Part shown: one piece after another, positions 62,133 to 64,000 of the stretch
Layout of the letters: every line of letters starts with the position of its first letter
Numbering within the stretch: position 1 is the first letter of the stretch
DNA from: Gammaproteobacteria bacterium
GTDB taxonomy: Bacteria > Pseudomonadota > Gammaproteobacteria > JABABF01
Reading direction: 5' to 3'
Assembly (NCBI GenBank): GCA_965205525.1
Contig: OZ242171.1
Coordinates: 1,374,269 to 1,438,268, forward strand
DNA: 64,000 bases
The notes under the pieces: model-generated
What the model saw: only the letters and a program-made list of their open reading frames with translations
Database searches by the model: none
Told to the model about the DNA's origin: nothing
Translations under genes and position numbers: made by a program

Positions 62133-62534
62133 CTACCACCACCAGAACAGGATGAACGCGCCAAGCAAAATGTCGGCGCTCACACATATCGGCATATACC
62201 ATTGCGCAATAGGCTCATGAAGCGCCTTGGGATGATCAATCACCACATCCCATGCCGCATGCGCAAAGCAGGCCGCCGCGAACCACAGCGGATTGATCCA
62301 TCCCCCCGCAAGCGCCAGGCCCGCGAACATCGCCGCCACGGTAATATTCATAACCATGCTTTTGACGCTGGTGGACGACAGCGCCACGCCAAAATACACG
62401 CCGCCAAATATGCCGACCACAGCAATCAGCACAACTTCGGCATCCGCTTTTGGCAACACCGCAAGCCACCAGGCGACCAGAGCGCCCACTATGGCGCCAC
62501 CAATGGTCACAGGCCAGAAATGTTTCCGATACAT
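62133..62534 (-). CDS. Small integral membrane protein (DUF6010-like)
   Basis: Hydrophobic helices; AH.AWD...H and WY.P.C...D motifs; GGAGG RBS before MYRKH. Confidence 0.65.
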   Translation of the reverse strand: MYRKHFWPVTIGGAIVGALVAWWLAVLPKADAEVVLIAVVGIFGGVYFGVALSSTSVKSMVMNITVAAMFAGLALAGGWINPLWFAAACFAHAAWDVVIDHPKALHEPIAQWYMPICVSADILLGAFILFWWW

Positions 62535-62967
62535 CTTGTCACCCTCCCAATGCGCTTCCCGACAGACAAGCGCAATCAGCTCTCTTAAAAAGACATGGCG
62601 ATCTCTATACGCCATCTATCCGAATAGTACCACAGGAGCTACCGTTAGATAACACGAATGAACAATGCCAGATTGCCTCGGCGACCGAAACAGCGCGCCC
62701 TGCCAAAGCAAAAGAGTCTAGGAAATTAAAATGCAATTTTAGGGAATTATGTAGTTAACTTGACAAGCCATCAATCCGAAACCTCTTTAATCCTCGGATT
62801 ATCTTGCCTGTCCACCCGCATTACAAACTTCCTCTCCAAATCCTCTTTCGTATGCTTCGGGGTCTTGCGCTTCGGCAACTTGCCTGCGTTGAGCAATGCT
62901 TTTGCCGCGCGACCTATATCTTTCTGTTTTATAACTGGAGCATCTCCTTAATGGTTTTCTTGTGCCT

Positions 62968-64000
62968 TTAAGTTACTAAAGCACCATACTCATTTGAATA
63001 TTCGGCAATTTTCTTCTGACCTTTCCAAAAACTTTCTACAATGTCCTTCATGTCTTTCTTTATTTGTGTCCTTTTCGTTGGGTTGGTCTCAACAGGGAGA
63101 TAAAGTTCTTCCCATCTCTGCCCAATGTTTGGCAACGTAGTATCCATAAAAATCTTATTATACATCTGCTTTTGTGTTAGCGGATGAGACAGAAGATACA
63201 ACAAGTAAAATGGGTCAATACCATATTCATTGCGTTGCTTCAATACTCTAAAGACTTTAATTTCCCGTGTGAGCAAAGCTTTTGTGTCAAATTTTGAAAT
63301 TATGGCAACGCTTCCAATCCTGTAGCTTCCCCTTCTTACAAAAAGAACATCATTTCCCTCCAAGTCAACCCCATTTTGACCTTTTATATCCTTATAAACA
63401 GATTGAGAAACCAGAGAAGTCGGGTTTCGGTAAATGCTCCAATTCACAATATCAGCAACGCGAATATATGGAATGTCGCCCCTTCCCTTTTCTCTTGCTT
63501 CCGGTGAACCGTGACCGTCATAATCAGCAATAATATCTTCGGCAACCAAATCACTGAATTGCACAAATCTTATGCCTTTTTTCTCTGCTTTCATGCGTAG
63601 TGTGTCAATGCGTTTCTTCCAGTAATAGCGGGGCACGTACACATCGTTTTTGATTTGATCTGCAGCAATAACAAACACATTCTTATTACCTCTCGCCTCT
63701 GGTTCTTTCAGTTCCTCACGGATGACTTCCGTATCATCCCATATCTCATCTGTAAATTGCTTTGTGCTTTCGTCATAGCGAAAAATTGGTTTTCCGTGGT
63801 GATTATGTCCTATTTCTTCTGCAATTCCCATGATTATTTTGCCCTGTTGAGATCTCCCCTTCTCCAATACAAGCAGTATGCATTTTGCATTGTTGTATGG
63901 ACGGAAAGCGTTGTGAGCCAAATCCACAATGGCAATGATATTATTGCCTCTTCTTATGTAATCCAAGACATACCTCGGCTGCGGCGCATGAAAATATGTT
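62968..64000 (-). CDS. N6-adenine DNA methylase C-terminal part fused to a target-recognition domain (5' end outside the window)
   Basis: IVDL.HNAF.PY....C.L, IGH..HG; TRD-like GSP...IPYIRVADI...DVLFVR.G..IG.VA...IDPFYL.Y.L; frame open to the window edge. Confidence 0.78.
   Translation of the reverse strand, partial: TYFHAPQPRYVLDYIRRGNNIIAIVDLAHNAFRPYNNAKCILLVLEKGRSQQGKIIMGIAEEIGHNHHGKPIFRYDESTKQFTDEIWDDTEVIREELKEPEARGNKNVFVIAADQIKNDVYVPRYYWKKRIDTLRMKAEKKGIRFVQFSDLVAEDIIADYDGHGSPEAREKGRGDIPYIRVADIVNWSIYRNPTSLVSQSVYKDIKGQNGVDLEGNDVLFVRRGSYRIGSVAIISKFDTKALLTREIKVFRVLKQRNEYGIDPFYLLYLLSHPLTQKQMYNKIFMDTTLPNIGQRWEELYLPVETNPTKRTQIKKDMKDIVESFWKGQKKIAEYSNEYGALVT

Noticed and set aside
61982-62760. 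Integron attC sites around the small membrane gene
   Set aside because: Isolated GCCCAAC/GTTAGAT-type boxes exist but do not pair at attC spacing with inner L boxes, and there is no integrase.

Overview
GC-rich chromosomal window with Pseudomonadales/Cellvibrionales-like gammaproteobacterial gene order; the taxonomy is inferred from synteny and protein similarity only. Bases 1-53 kb are mostly housekeeping. They carry tRNA-Ser(TGA), a nucleotide-sugar pair, a dimeric dUTPase, a GldAFG/DUF4340 ABC system, sbcB, fumarase, a TPP enzyme plus aldehyde dehydrogenase pair, groESL, ampG, radC, coaBC, prmC, moeB, accBC, fis-purH-purD, coq7, cbiMQO, nadC, pduO, ampD, three tandem TonB-dependent receptors, anmK and erpA. 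Several non-coding repeats are interspersed: two mirror-image clusters of GGAG-footed REP-like hairpins around groESL, and short hairpin arrays that re-copy gene 3' ends. From about 53 kb to the window end lies an AT-richer defence island anchored at a duplicated erpA 5' end. It holds an intact Mrr-like nuclease, a diversified paralog that lost its catalytic core but kept its reading frame, and a divergent PD-(D/E)XK gene between them. It also holds IS3 and hsdR relics, a 1679-aa Avs/STAND NTPase, a DUF6010-like membrane protein and a partial N6 methylase-TRD gene. All calls come from reading motifs by eye; no searches were run.
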